Shown: positions 1-10,773 of the stretch, one piece after another | Layout of the letters: each line of letters starts with the position of its first letter | How positions within the stretch are numbered: position 1 is the stretch's first letter | Assembly (NCBI GenBank): GCA_023231475.1 | Contig: JALJEE010001061.1 | Location: forward strand, 1-64,000 | Length of the DNA: 64,000 nt | From: Seison nebaliae | Taxonomy: Eukaryota | Reading direction: 5' to 3' | Notes under the pieces: model-generated | Told to the model about the DNA's origin: nothing | Seen by the model: the letters and a program-made list of their open reading frames with translations, nothing else | Database searches by the model: none | Made by a program: the position numbers and the translations under genes

Positions 1-148
1 TGTTTATTTTTCTGTAATTTAAGAATAAATAAAATATTTCGTAATAATATGAAATTAGATCAAAATGGTAGGAAGGAATGAAAAAAATTATCAAAATTTA
101 TATTGTTAGAATGAATAATTATTGTGTATAAATAAAAAGAAGAAATAT

Positions 149-2865
149 TCAATTTATAATATTGAGAAGTGGGTTGTCGGTTGAAGAATTGATATAATTT
201 TGAATGGCAACATTTAATCGTTTGATTAATTCATCGTTCTCTTCATAAAGACCGGTATGTAACAACTGGTCACGTTCTCTTATTAAATCCTTTAACTGAT
301 CTTTATTTGTCCCAGTTTTCTGACGATTAGTGGAATTGTCTAAACGTTTTTTATCTTCATTCTCTAATTCTCTCTGTGATTCTTCTTTCGCTTTTTTCAA
401 TAATTCGATTGTCTCCGCTTCTTTCTGATTTTGTTTCAATTCCTTCAATTCCTTCTTCTGATCTCGTGCTTCTTTCTTCCGAATTTTTAGCAACTCCGCT
501 AAACATCGATTCAATTCATTCTTATATTGGATTTTAAATCTCTCCGATTCCATTAACTTATTCGACAAATCACTCTATTAAATACATATTAAAATGAGAT
601 AAAGAAATGATGAGAATAAAAACATTTTCTTGTGTCAACTTCACAATTTGAGTTTGATAATTCGATTCTTTCGGAATTATTTGTTGTCGTAAATTTAATA
701 ATTCCTGATCAGAATTCTTCCTCGTCTCATTTAATCGATCTTCAGTTTGTTTCAACTGGAAATCATTAAAATTAAATTGGCAAATTGAAAAGAAAAACTT
801 CAGATCTCAAGAATTCTACTCGTTTCTCTAATTCCACATTCTTCAGTCTAATTCAAATAAATTTTTAAAGTTTCTTTTTTAAAATTTATTACGAATTGAA
901 AAACTTTTCTATTTCCACTAAATGTTTCGTTTCGTCCATCATTATTCTTCTTTCTTCTTGAAATTCATGATCTAATTTATCTGCTTTCATTCTCAAATCG
1001 GATTGTTTCTCAGAAATCTAATTTTTTCATAATCAATTCCAATTTATCTTATTTCACTAACTTTTAATGTTTTCTTCTTCATATCTTCTTCTTCTTTCTG
1101 TAAATCATCAAATAATAATTTACTCCGTCTTTCCAATTCACTATAAGCAGTTATCTATGAATTCAAATAAATTATTAATAATAAATTAAATAAATAAAAC
1201 TTTCTTTTGGAGGAATGTTTGTCTTTCATGTTCACGCTTCCGAAACTGTTTCGCCATTTCTAATAATCGTTGAGATTCAATAAATTCCAACTAGAAAAAA
1301 AAATATAAAAAAAAAATTTTTTTAAATAATTCTACAAATAAATTTGAAATAAGAAAAAAAACTTTGACTAAAAATTCTTTTTCTTTATTCTTCTTCCACA
1401 ATTCCAATTCATAAACGGCGTGTAATTGTGTGTGAACGTCAATTGGGAGGGAATTCTTTTTCTGATCAGAAATCTCAGGACAAGTCATCACTTCTTTCTG
1501 ATAATCGATATTTTCCGTGGCGTCTTTATCCATCGATTTTCTTGATAATTTACTGAGTGGAAAAATCGATAAATTTTGTGGAGTGGCATTTTGATCGATA
1601 TTATTATTATTTTCTTCCTGAACGGTAAATTGATCGAATGTTTCAGTTTCGGTAATTTCTGTCGGATTATTTTCGGTGGTGAAAGTGGGAGAATTTCTCT
1701 GTTGTTTATGGAATGATAATTGAAGTGATAATTTCCCGAAGAAATGATACGAATCGATTTCTTCACATTTGACAGGAATTGATAAATTAAATAATTTATC
1801 AGAAGAGAAATTTTCTTTATTTTCATTTTTCATATTCGATGATAGATAAGTTGACGGCGGTTCAATAGTTGCATTACCGATAATTGGAAATTGATTATCA
1901 TCTTCGACTAATTCGATTCGTATATTTATCGAACTATTCAGCAACATATCATTATCGAGTAATGGAAGATGATTTCCCATCGTCATCTCATTCAATGCGG
2001 CTTCGGTAAAAGAATTTTCAATTTTCATGGGAATGGTAAATTGAATAGGAAACGGTTTCGTTTCGAACATCCAATTTCCATAATTGAACGATAATCGAAT
2101 TAATTTCTCTTTCTTATTTTTCATCTCCTTCAATTGTTGTGATGTCAACATTTTGACGAAAACGGGCAACGTCTCATTCGGATACATTTCCAACGACATT
2201 AAATTAATGGAAATGAAATTATAATCGTACCGTTTTGACGATATTCCATTCTTGCTCTTAATCGTCCGATCGAGATTTCTTAATAAATCTTTTATTTGAA
2301 AATCACTTTCTGTTTCGTTCACCGTTTTCTCTTCCGTTTCCATATATAAAGCTAATTGAATTTGTGGAGTACTTTTGTTGTCTTGTCGAATTGGACAATT
2401 GAGAATTTTATTCCAAACCGGTTTCTATTTCACATAAAGGAAATTTAGAGGAGAATTTAAATAATGAGAACTTTATCTTCAGCGTTTTGAATTCCTGAAT
2501 GAACATTTAAAACGATATATCCTATCGTCTTTTTACTATGACCGTTACATCCATAAATGTGAATCTGGAACAGAAATTAAAATTTTTTAAATATTTCATG
2601 AAATTTTGAAAAATTGAAATGAAAGAACTTTAATAGCGGAACGTTTCATTCGATGTGATTGATATTGTTGTTTATTGAGCGACCAGGCTAATTCCTGTTG
2701 TATGAGAATTCGAGTTAATATTTGACTAGAATTACATGGAATGGGATCGATTGCCAATTGTTCATGATCGAATTTTGCTTCGATTTCTAACGATTCAAAT
2801 TGGAATTCAATTCCACGAACTTCGTATAATGAAATGACGAGTAAAACTCGTTCATCTTCCATCAT
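149..2865 (-). CDS. CEP120: Centrosomal protein of 120 kDa (C2 domains + coiled coil), 9 exons
   Basis: N-terminus LLVISLYEVRG..EAKFDHEQLAIDP..QELAWSLNKQQYQSHRMKRSAIK|IHIY..TIGYIVLN..|KPVWNKIL matches the CEP120 C2A domain. YELELWK..FRKREHER and the C-terminal LIRERDQLLHTGLYEENDELIKRL match the CEP120 tail. Eight short GTT..AG introns join the ORF-track pieces in frame. Confidence 0.85.
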
Positions 2866-3149
2866 TGATCTCGCCAAATTAACATGTGATGAGAATGTCT
2901 AGAAGTAAGATGAGAAATATAATAAATAATAAAGGATGTTGACTTTCAAGAAGAAATTGTCAGGAAAATTGTACGAAAATGAATTGAAAAAAAAGAAAAA
3001 TAAATTTCTCTTAAAAAAAAATTGAATGAACAATTCAATTGAAAAGTCAGAAGAAAAAAGAAAAGTTTTTTTTTGGAAGAATCTTTTTTTCTTTCTTTCT
3101 ATTAAGTATCATTTCTATGCATTTTTCGTGCACTATTTCTGCACTCAAT

Positions 3150-3794
3150 TTAATTGGTACTATGGAGAGCACGTAAGAATTCCCCGTGACATGTCTCAAC
3201 ATCCAAAATCATTTCGCGACATTCCTCCTCATTCAATTCGCTCGTGGCTAACGGTAAATTATTCAATTTGTCGTACCATCCCAAAATCTTCTCTCGACTT
3301 TCTTGATCTGATGGAAAGATGGAATTGAGTTTGAGGAAGAGAGCTGATATCTCTCTCACGTCATGAATCAGTTCACCTTTACTTGTTATTTCTAATTTCA
3401 ATTTATCCATCACCGTAATAAACAATCCGACAATTTCTGCTATTGCTGGTGCTAAACCGGTTTTATCACCAGGAATCGTTATTGGACGACCATCACGTAT
3501 ACGATCTAACGCTGATGGACATTGACATCGATTCTCTGCGAGAAATTTACTCAAATCATCCAAATTCTTTCCCGCTTCTTTCGCAGCTATTTTTACCTGC
3601 ACTAGCAAACGGGAACATGCGGCGGTGTAGTCGTTCGGTTGGATGAGGTCGCGACTATACGCCTTCTCTAATGATTGCAATGTATTGATGACGGCATAAA
3701 GATCAGCTGCGTTATCCACATGTTTACGTTCCCGAGCGTTCCGATATAATTTCACTTCTTGGAACATCTCGGAGTCAAGACGACCAGTTGCCAT
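3150..3794 (-). CDS. VPS28: ESCRT-I subunit VPS28, intronless
   Basis: FQEVKLYRNARER..ADLYAVINTLQSLEKAY..YTAACSRLLVQ..CPSALDRIRDGRPITI..FITVMDKLKL. First ATG at 3794. Confidence 0.95.
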   Translation of the reverse strand: MATGRLDSEMFQEVKLYRNARERKHVDNAADLYAVINTLQSLEKAYSRDLIQPNDYTAACSRLLVQVKIAAKEAGKNLDDLSKFLAENRCQCPSALDRIRDGRPITIPGDKTGLAPAIAEIVGLFITVMDKLKLEITSKGELIHDVREISALFLKLNSIFPSDQESREKILGWYDKLNNLPLATSELNEEECREMILDVETCHGEFLRALHSTN

Positions 3795-4196
3795 TTCGTG
3801 TTTCAGAATATTAATAATAAAAAATTTATTTTCTCCCAAAATGAAAAACTTGTAATTTGAATAAAGAATTTATTGAATTTTCAAGAAGAAACTTCTAATC
3901 AATCTTTTCTTAATCTGACTTAATGATAATATTCTCCTGAAAATTGATTTCTGATGATATTTTATCCATAATTTAATTCAAAATTTATTTCTCATAATAT
4001 TTTTTTATTCTAAACTCATTTTTCGCCATATTTTTTTTCCAACATTTTTTTCTTCTAATATTCTTTCATTTGAAATTTATTTTTCTCCAAAAACTTATTT
4101 TTCATGAGAAATCAGATTAATATTAAGAATAGTCATATAATCAGTCATGAGAATATTAATTTCGAAATTTATGTTTGATCATATTTTATTGGAAAC

Positions 4197-5582
4197 TTAG
4201 TGTTTTGGATTGACACAATTTCTTATCAGTTCATCTAAAATGAGATTAGCGATCTGATGATCTTGAAGACGGATGATGCTCGAGCTATAAATCTTTCTTC
4301 GTAACAAATCCATAAATTCTCCACGTCGACCTAATTGACTCGATAATTTTTCTCGCTCCACTTTTCTAGTAGCTAGATCGAGGGCAGTACTTAATCGGTT
4401 ATTGATAGCGTTATGTAGAATGACTTTCTTTTTGTTTCGTTGAATCGTTTTAAAGTCTCCCAATTTGTCATTCTTCTCATTCACTTCTTCTGTGGTCGTT
4501 CCATCGGATTGGAGCGAGATGACTTGTTCGTCTCGATTGAGATGTAATCGTTTGAGTAGTGTGATCTTTGCCATAATATTCATTTTGTTATATTCATGTC
4601 TCATGAGTAACATTTTATAATAATAAAGATTGATTTCTTCATGTAATTCCAATTCGGCTTGTTGGAAAGCTACTCCCAAAATCACTTCGATGATTGGTTG
4701 GTAAAGTTCGTCAAAACCTTTTAATTCATTTCTATCCAATTGTGTGCCAATCTCTTTCACATCTTTTCTTTCCGTTTCATTGATGATTAATGGTCGATTT
4801 GATAAATGATCCGAATCCACTTTCGCCAACAATTGATAAACAGCCTCGTCATGTAAATCCTGAAGTCTCATAATTTCGATAGCAGACGGTGGTGATAATT
4901 GTTCATAATTATGTGTTGTGAATAATGTCACTTTCTTCTCATTCTTCAACTCTTTCACACCTTCCACTTGAAGTATTCGCTGATGTTCTTTGGTGATGTG
5001 AGGACTGAGATTTGGTATTTTTTGGAGACAATATTTCTCCCGATTATGATATTTCTCATTACCATACATATCCGTTAACGTGATGGGCATGTCTTTCATT
5101 TGGGAAATGAACACGTCATTATTCACCAAATCTACAGGTCGCCATTGCCATTTGGAAGTTTTGCTAATTCGAAATTTGTCGCTGTCACTTTTATCACTTT
5201 CCAGCGAATCAGTCGAGAGATTTGTGGAAGTTTGGTTTAATTTATGATCGGAGACTTTCCTCTGTTTGTCAGTTATCGCTCGCAATCGATCGTCAGTTCT
5301 CAATTGCACTTCTTGTTTACTCATATATCGCTCCAAATAATTTCGGCCGGTTTTCGAAAGGAAATTCAAATCGGGACGAAACCGTTTTAAGGAATGTTGT
5401 TCTAATCGATATCGTCTGGGATGACGATGAATATTCGGAGTGAATTTCGGGAACAATTCCGCACACTCATTCATCAACACAACTCTCTTGTGGAGAGGTT
5501 TGATTTCTCGATAATCTATCTCCGAATAATCATCGGCTTCCAACGATACTCTTTCCTGCACCGTACTCGATCGTTCATCCAT
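4197..5582 (-). CDS. Divergent radial spoke protein 3-like protein with N-terminal extension, intronless
   Basis: KEIGTQLDRNELKGFDELYQPIIEVILGVAFQQAELELHEE resembles the RSP3 core (DVATQI..ELFDFD..KP.LEVLVGKT.EQ.L.EV.EE). Two in-frame TAA codons lie just upstream of the ATG. Confidence 0.55.
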   Translation of the reverse strand: MDERSSTVQERVSLEADDYSEIDYREIKPLHKRVVLMNECAELFPKFTPNIHRHPRRYRLEQHSLKRFRPDLNFLSKTGRNYLERYMSKQEVQLRTDDRLRAITDKQRKVSDHKLNQTSTNLSTDSLESDKSDSDKFRISKTSKWQWRPVDLVNNDVFISQMKDMPITLTDMYGNEKYHNREKYCLQKIPNLSPHITKEHQRILQVEGVKELKNEKKVTLFTTHNYEQLSPPSAIEIMRLQDLHDEAVYQLLAKVDSDHLSNRPLIINETERKDVKEIGTQLDRNELKGFDELYQPIIEVILGVAFQQAELELHEEINLYYYKMLLMRHEYNKMNIMAKITLLKRLHLNRDEQVISLQSDGTTTEEVNEKNDKLGDFKTIQRNKKKVILHNAINNRLSTALDLATRKVEREKLSSQLGRRGEFMDLLRRKIYSSSIIRLQDHQIANLILDELIRNCVNPKH

Positions 5583-5625
5583 CAAACAATTTTATTAGTG
5601 AAACTGATTTGACAAATCAATAAAT

Positions 5626-8399
5626 TCAAATGACGATGGAAGAAAAGAAGAATTCTTTCAACGGAATTTTCATTTGTGCGCTCATCTTCCATAATATCAA
5701 TGGCAGTTTCAACGAATTCACCATCAATCGACCATCCGTTTTCAAAAATTTTATTCTATTCTCATCATCTCTCATCAACAAATAGAATATATCGTCGCTA
5801 TTTCTGATGAATAAATATTTCCCATTCAATTCCTCCAACATATGATGATGTTGAGCCACGTGAGTAATGTCGATTTCTTTCTCCTCCAAATTCACATTAC
5901 CTTCCATCACACTTCGTCCTGACATACCGATCGGTGAGTAACTTCCAATGAAATTGAAACTATTCAATCTCGGAATAAATAAATGGAAATTTATAAAGGA
6001 ATAATCCGTTTTTACCAGATCCATATAAATCCAACTGAAAAAATTAAATTGAAGAAAAATTTAAATAAAATTTTCAAAAAGAAACTTGTTTGTTATAAGA
6101 GAATAAACATAGAAATGTTCGATCGAATGAACGAGAAAATGATCGTTGTCGATTCGGTTCGCAAATACTTCCACGTCCTGTAACTGTATCGGCAATATGG
6201 TCAATATTCTCGATTGTAAACGATGACAATAAGTACAAGAAATTGTAATTTCTTCAATTTTCTCTTCATATCTTGAAAAGTTTTGAAAAATGTGCTTTGG
6301 AAAAATTTTCAATTTTTAAATTTACAAACTTGAATCGATTTCCTTTCCCACCAATCACGATGATTCGATATCGTCGACGATTTCTCTTACATCTTTGACA
6401 TTTTACATCTAATTCACGTTCGTTCTTGAATAATAACGAATAACATGACGTGCGACGACAATGCATTGACGAACAGATGATTTCTTTAACTTTCATCTAT
6501 TTACAATTAAATATTTATTAAATATAATTTTAAATAAATAATTTTAAATGAACCGGTTCCTTCTTCTCAAAAGACAATTCGAGACAATGAATCGCTTTCG
6601 TTGGATAAGTTTCCAATTGACATCTCACCGGATTGATTCCACCTGTTAATACGACATTCATTTTGATGGAATAAATGACGGAAATTTAACCGATAACATA
6701 AATTTTGTTTTCTATGGAAATTAACGAGGCGTATCGTCTCACAATCGTCAATTGATCATAACAATTCCAATAGTCTCTATTATAAACGACGACTGATAAG
6801 GAGATTTAATTTTAAATTTAAATTTAAATTCGTTAACGATGATTGTCGAATAAGAGAATGAAATAATCTCTTAAATTCTTTTGGTTATTTCCATGTTCGA
6901 TTAAACAGATCGAATAAACATCTTTCTCGTCATCCAAATGAATGTTTGAACTGGCATTATTCCCCGATTTGTTTTTAAAATTTCTTAACGGATTTAAAAA
7001 ATTCGATTTCGCCATTACCGAATTGGGATTGAAAGTTAATAAGTGTAAAGGCGGATGCTTTCTTCCGAATTGAAAAGAAATGAAAAAAATTTGATCAATA
7101 CGAATCAGTTAATTCTTATCCAAAAATTCATTTAACTTTTTATGTGGACGAATTTGCATATTATGATTTCCTTCTAATAAACCGTCGAAATGATAATCAA
7201 TTGATTGTGGTGTATCATCGAGATGGAAGAATGTTTGACTATCATCATGATGGAAGTATGTCTGACTATCATCATGATGGAAGAATGTCTGATTATCGTC
7301 GACATTGAACATCGTGTGATTATCATCATCGAGATGAAAGATGGTTTGATTATCATCATCCAGTGAAAATTGATGAGCTTTTGATGAATATGTGAATAAA
7401 TTTCCTGCTGCATTTGTATCATCCATTAATTCGGTTTGTTCATTCTCCTCATGATCAGTGAAGGAAGAATTGGCGATATCTTTCCAATTCGTTTCCATTC
7501 CTTCATTCCTCATTGGAGTGAATTCCAGAGAATAATGATGTGGCATTTCCAATAAAGCTCGATAAAGATCATCGTTATAAATCAGATAATATTCACAAGC
7601 GAACACTTTCTCTTCTGTCGTGAAATCTGAAAAATTTTTAATTTTTTTAAATTTAAAATTAATTTTTAACATTTCTCTCTTTTACCGATACATTCGTCGA
7701 GATGAGCTAACGGGAAAAAAATCTCGAATAATCTCAACCATTCGTATGGTGTGACATGATTAGCGAACATGACACGATGTTTCCGCAAATAATAGAAATA
7801 TGCGATAGCAATATCGCGATCATGTAAGGCGCATGGTCGAATATGTGAACAGATCAATTTACTGAATTGATCGATAGCGAATTGTTTCTGTTCCCGATTG
7901 AGGAATGACGACGAATAATTCATCATGTGAAGTATGGCGTCCTCGTCATACACTTCTTTCAATGTACTATTGATGTAAGTTTTACTAAATCGTTTCAATT
8001 CTTCCATAAATGAATTTGAAAAAAAAAAAGAAAAATTAAAAAAAATTTTTTTTTTTAAATTGAGAAAAATTTCCAACTCTCTAGAATGAATTTGAGTCGT
8101 TGGTGGATATAATAGAAATCTAAAATTTCCGCAGTTCTCAACAATTCTTCCAATTGCGGGAAGGTCAAACAAAGTGCTGGATTGTTTGTCAATGAAATTA
8201 GATTGTTGAACGACTCGACGGAAACGTCCTTAAACTTGATCTTTTTAAACCTCAAATCCCTAAATCGTTTGTGAAGATAAGTAAAATGAACTTTATCCAT
8301 ATTCTTCAGAAGACTCGTCAGTTTCGTACTGTTATTCTTGAGAATATCCAAATTCATTCGGATCGTGCCCGTTTTCAATTGAATTGTCGAATAATTCAT
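5626..8399 (-). CDS. BTB-BACK-Kelch (KLHL-like) protein, multi-exon, highly divergent
   Basis: BTB-like N-terminus (IKFKDVSVESFNNLI..LEELLRTAEIL), BACK-like TEEKVFAC, and Kelch-like RRYASLISIENKIYVIGG and SMHCRRTSC..RIIVIGG. ORFs 8055-8399, 7666-8172, 7109-7672, 6833-7015, 6266-6496, 6061-6312 and 5626-6024 join in frame through GTT..AG introns. The exact 3' end is uncertain. Confidence 0.65.
7215..7365 (-). repeat. Coding tandem repeat of 27-30 bp units (DDxQTxFHx) inside the KLHL-like gene
   Basis: Translation DDDNQTIFHL DDDNHTMFNV DDNQTFFHH DDSQTYFHH DDSQTFFHL DD. The DNA unit atcatcatgatggaag recurs. Confidence 0.85.
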
Positions 8400-8521
8400 G
8401 TGCGAAGGAAATGAGGAGAAAGAAAAATGGAAAAAAATTGTGTTCTAGTCAAATAATTTTATTTTGCTCCAATCTGCTTAAAAGAGAAGAAAAAGAAGTC
8501 AATTAATCTTCCAAGTTCATC

Positions 8522-8818
8522 TCATTCTTCAGGTTGCTTAATTTTCTGATCTGCTTTTATCATCGAATCGATCAAGTTCATATCATAAGATTTTTTCGGT
8601 TTGAAATCGAAAACCGTTTCCATCTTGTTAATTTCCACCGAATGTTTTACATTCGCTTTTAACATCTCTCTCGTTCGCTGATCAACGGTGAGAAGGATAT
8701 CTGTCGTTCTGATTGCTGGTATAATTTTCCGTTTTCTTATCGAGTCATCCAATGAGACGCTTTTCGTCGGTTTTTTCGAAGTTCCACTTTCTGATTTTTT
8801 TGACTGAGAACGCGACAT
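8522..8818 (-). CDS. Small basic hypothetical protein (~98 aa)
   Basis: Intact ORF MSRSQSKKSESG... with coding-like composition. No recognisable domain. Confidence 0.45.
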   Translation of the reverse strand: MSRSQSKKSESGTSKKPTKSVSLDDSIRKRKIIPAIRTTDILLTVDQRTREMLKANVKHSVEINKMETVFDFKPKKSYDMNLIDSMIKADQKIKQPEE

Positions 8819-9617
8819 GTACGAACACAATAGAATAGACACAGAAAAACAAAACTTGAATTGATCTCACTAAAAAATGACGATTTAAACCGAAATCTCT
8901 AATTTACATGTTTCAATTTTAATCAACAATTAATAAACATTTATAATGTCAACTATCGGAGTAGTAGAAACTAATAAAGCTATTCAAGAGCAACTTCAAT
9001 AAAATAAGTTTTATTCTTTTAAGTTTTCTTAAATTCAAATATTATTGATGGAATGCTTTTAGATGGAATTGAAATCATATTTTCGTCAATCGACTCTCTT
9101 TCTTTTCCTTCAAAGTTTTCCTGTTTTTTCAAGAAAATTTATGGAGTTTCTAAAATTTAAAGTTTCTTAAATTCTATAGGAAGTACAAATTCCACTAATC
9201 AACTGAATATTGATTTTATTTCAGATTCATAATGTGAATTATTTTCAAATTTCAAAACTTTATTTTTCAAAATTAAACTAATAAATTCTTCAAAAAATTT
9301 AAGAGAATCTTAAAAAGAATTAGAAATTGGTTATAAAGTTTCAAGAATGATCCAGGTACAGTTGGAGGAGCAGTGGAGAATGATTTGGATGGAAAGTGTG
9401 AAGTAGAACTTAGTGGACGAATTGCTGACTGAAATATAGTCTGCAAGTAATTAACATTAAAACAATAAATTCTAATGGTACCATATGTGATAATGTTAAT
9501 TTGATAATTCCATTATAAACTACTGCAAATATTTGTAGAGAGTTGTCTGAAATTCTTCTATAAAACGTACAAAATATTCTCCAAAATAATTTAACATTTT
9601 AAGCGTTTGCCTGAATT

Positions 9618-10578
9618 ATGAAATATTTATTCGTCATTCTCTGCATTTCATATGGTTAGCATGAATATTTAATCATTCCATTTAATCTTCCTTCTTAGCA
9701 TTTGCATATCCTCAAGATCATGAATGTCTCTCAAAAAGTGGAAGTTGTTTACCATCAGCTTCATGTCCGAACCATAATTACAAATCGGGTTTATGTCCAA
9801 ATGCACCTAACAATGTACGTTGTTGCTTTTCAGGTGACATTTTTTAAATTTCCTTCAAAATTCATTTTACCAAATAATCTGCAGCTCATAAACAAGACCA
9901 AGAATGTGTGAGTAAAGGAGGGAGTTGTTTGAGTAGTTCGGATTGTACGTTCGGCTCGACTCAATCCGGTTTATGTCCAAATGCTCCTTGGAATATTAAA
10001 TGTTGTTTACCGTCCGGTAGTACCGGTACCGTTTCAGGCTCATGTTATTATTTAATTAAAATATTATATTTAAAAATTCAAATTATCAGGTACTGTCCAT
10101 TCTTATCAGAATAGTCAATTCATCGGAAAGAGAGCATATGTGGAAGATGGTTTCCGATATGCCATGGACAAAATGAATAGTTATGCTAAGTCATGTGGAG
10201 TTCAAATTTATATCACCTCATCATTCCGTGTGGTGGGCAATATGGTCAATGGAGCTGTAGTGACACCAGCTTCACAGTCTAATCATCATGTGGGAAAAGC
10301 GATCGATTTCAATATCGCCGTTAATGGTCGTATTGTTTGTAACAGCAGCTGCTTATTGAGTTAATTTAAATTAATGGAATTTAATTTCATTCCATTAAAT
10401 TACAGGAAAATCACATAGTGGAGCAAAATGCTTCTTAAACAAAGTACAAACTGGTGGATTAACTTGGGGTGGAATTTGGTCCACAGCCGATCCAGTACAC
10501 ATCGACGATCGAGCTAACCGTAAATCTGGTTACGCTGCCATGAAAAAACGTTTACAAACGTATTGTCGAAACCTCTAA
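9618..10578 (+). CDS. Secreted peptidase M15 (LAS-type Zn metallopeptidase, CwlK/Ply500-like) with two N-terminal six-Cys repeats, 5 exons
   Basis: Exons 9618-9654, 9699-9833, 9885-10043, 10090-10359, 10406-10578. Signal peptide MKYLFVILCISYAFA, two C..GSCL...C...SGLCPNAP.N..CC repeats, then ITSSFR..SNHHVGKAID (H-x6-D)..LTWGGIW..DPVH. Confidence 0.8.
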
Positions 10579-10773
10579 CTAGTCAAGAGAGAACGAGTAA
10601 GAAAATGGAAAGAACTTATAATTGTTTCCTTTATTTTTCTGGGAAATAAAATAAACTTTCTTCATTTCAATAATTATGTGACATACGTTTCGAATGACGT
10701 CAATAAATTATTCATTCGAAGGAGATGAGTATGGATAAAATGAGAAATTTGTCTATACCTAATTGACGGATTG

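Noticed and set aside
7060..7135. Single in-frame TAA (7109-7111) between two same-frame ORFs, suggesting readthrough or an alternative genetic code
   Set aside because: A phase-2 intron GTTAAA..GGAAG removes it cleanly, and TAA is the normal stop of RPL3, VPS28, HCCS, CDK11 and SERINC.
9320..9445. GC-richer segment resembling a minus-strand exon (TIFQSAIRPLSSTSHF...)
   Set aside because: Short, with no start codon, partner exon or recognisable homology.
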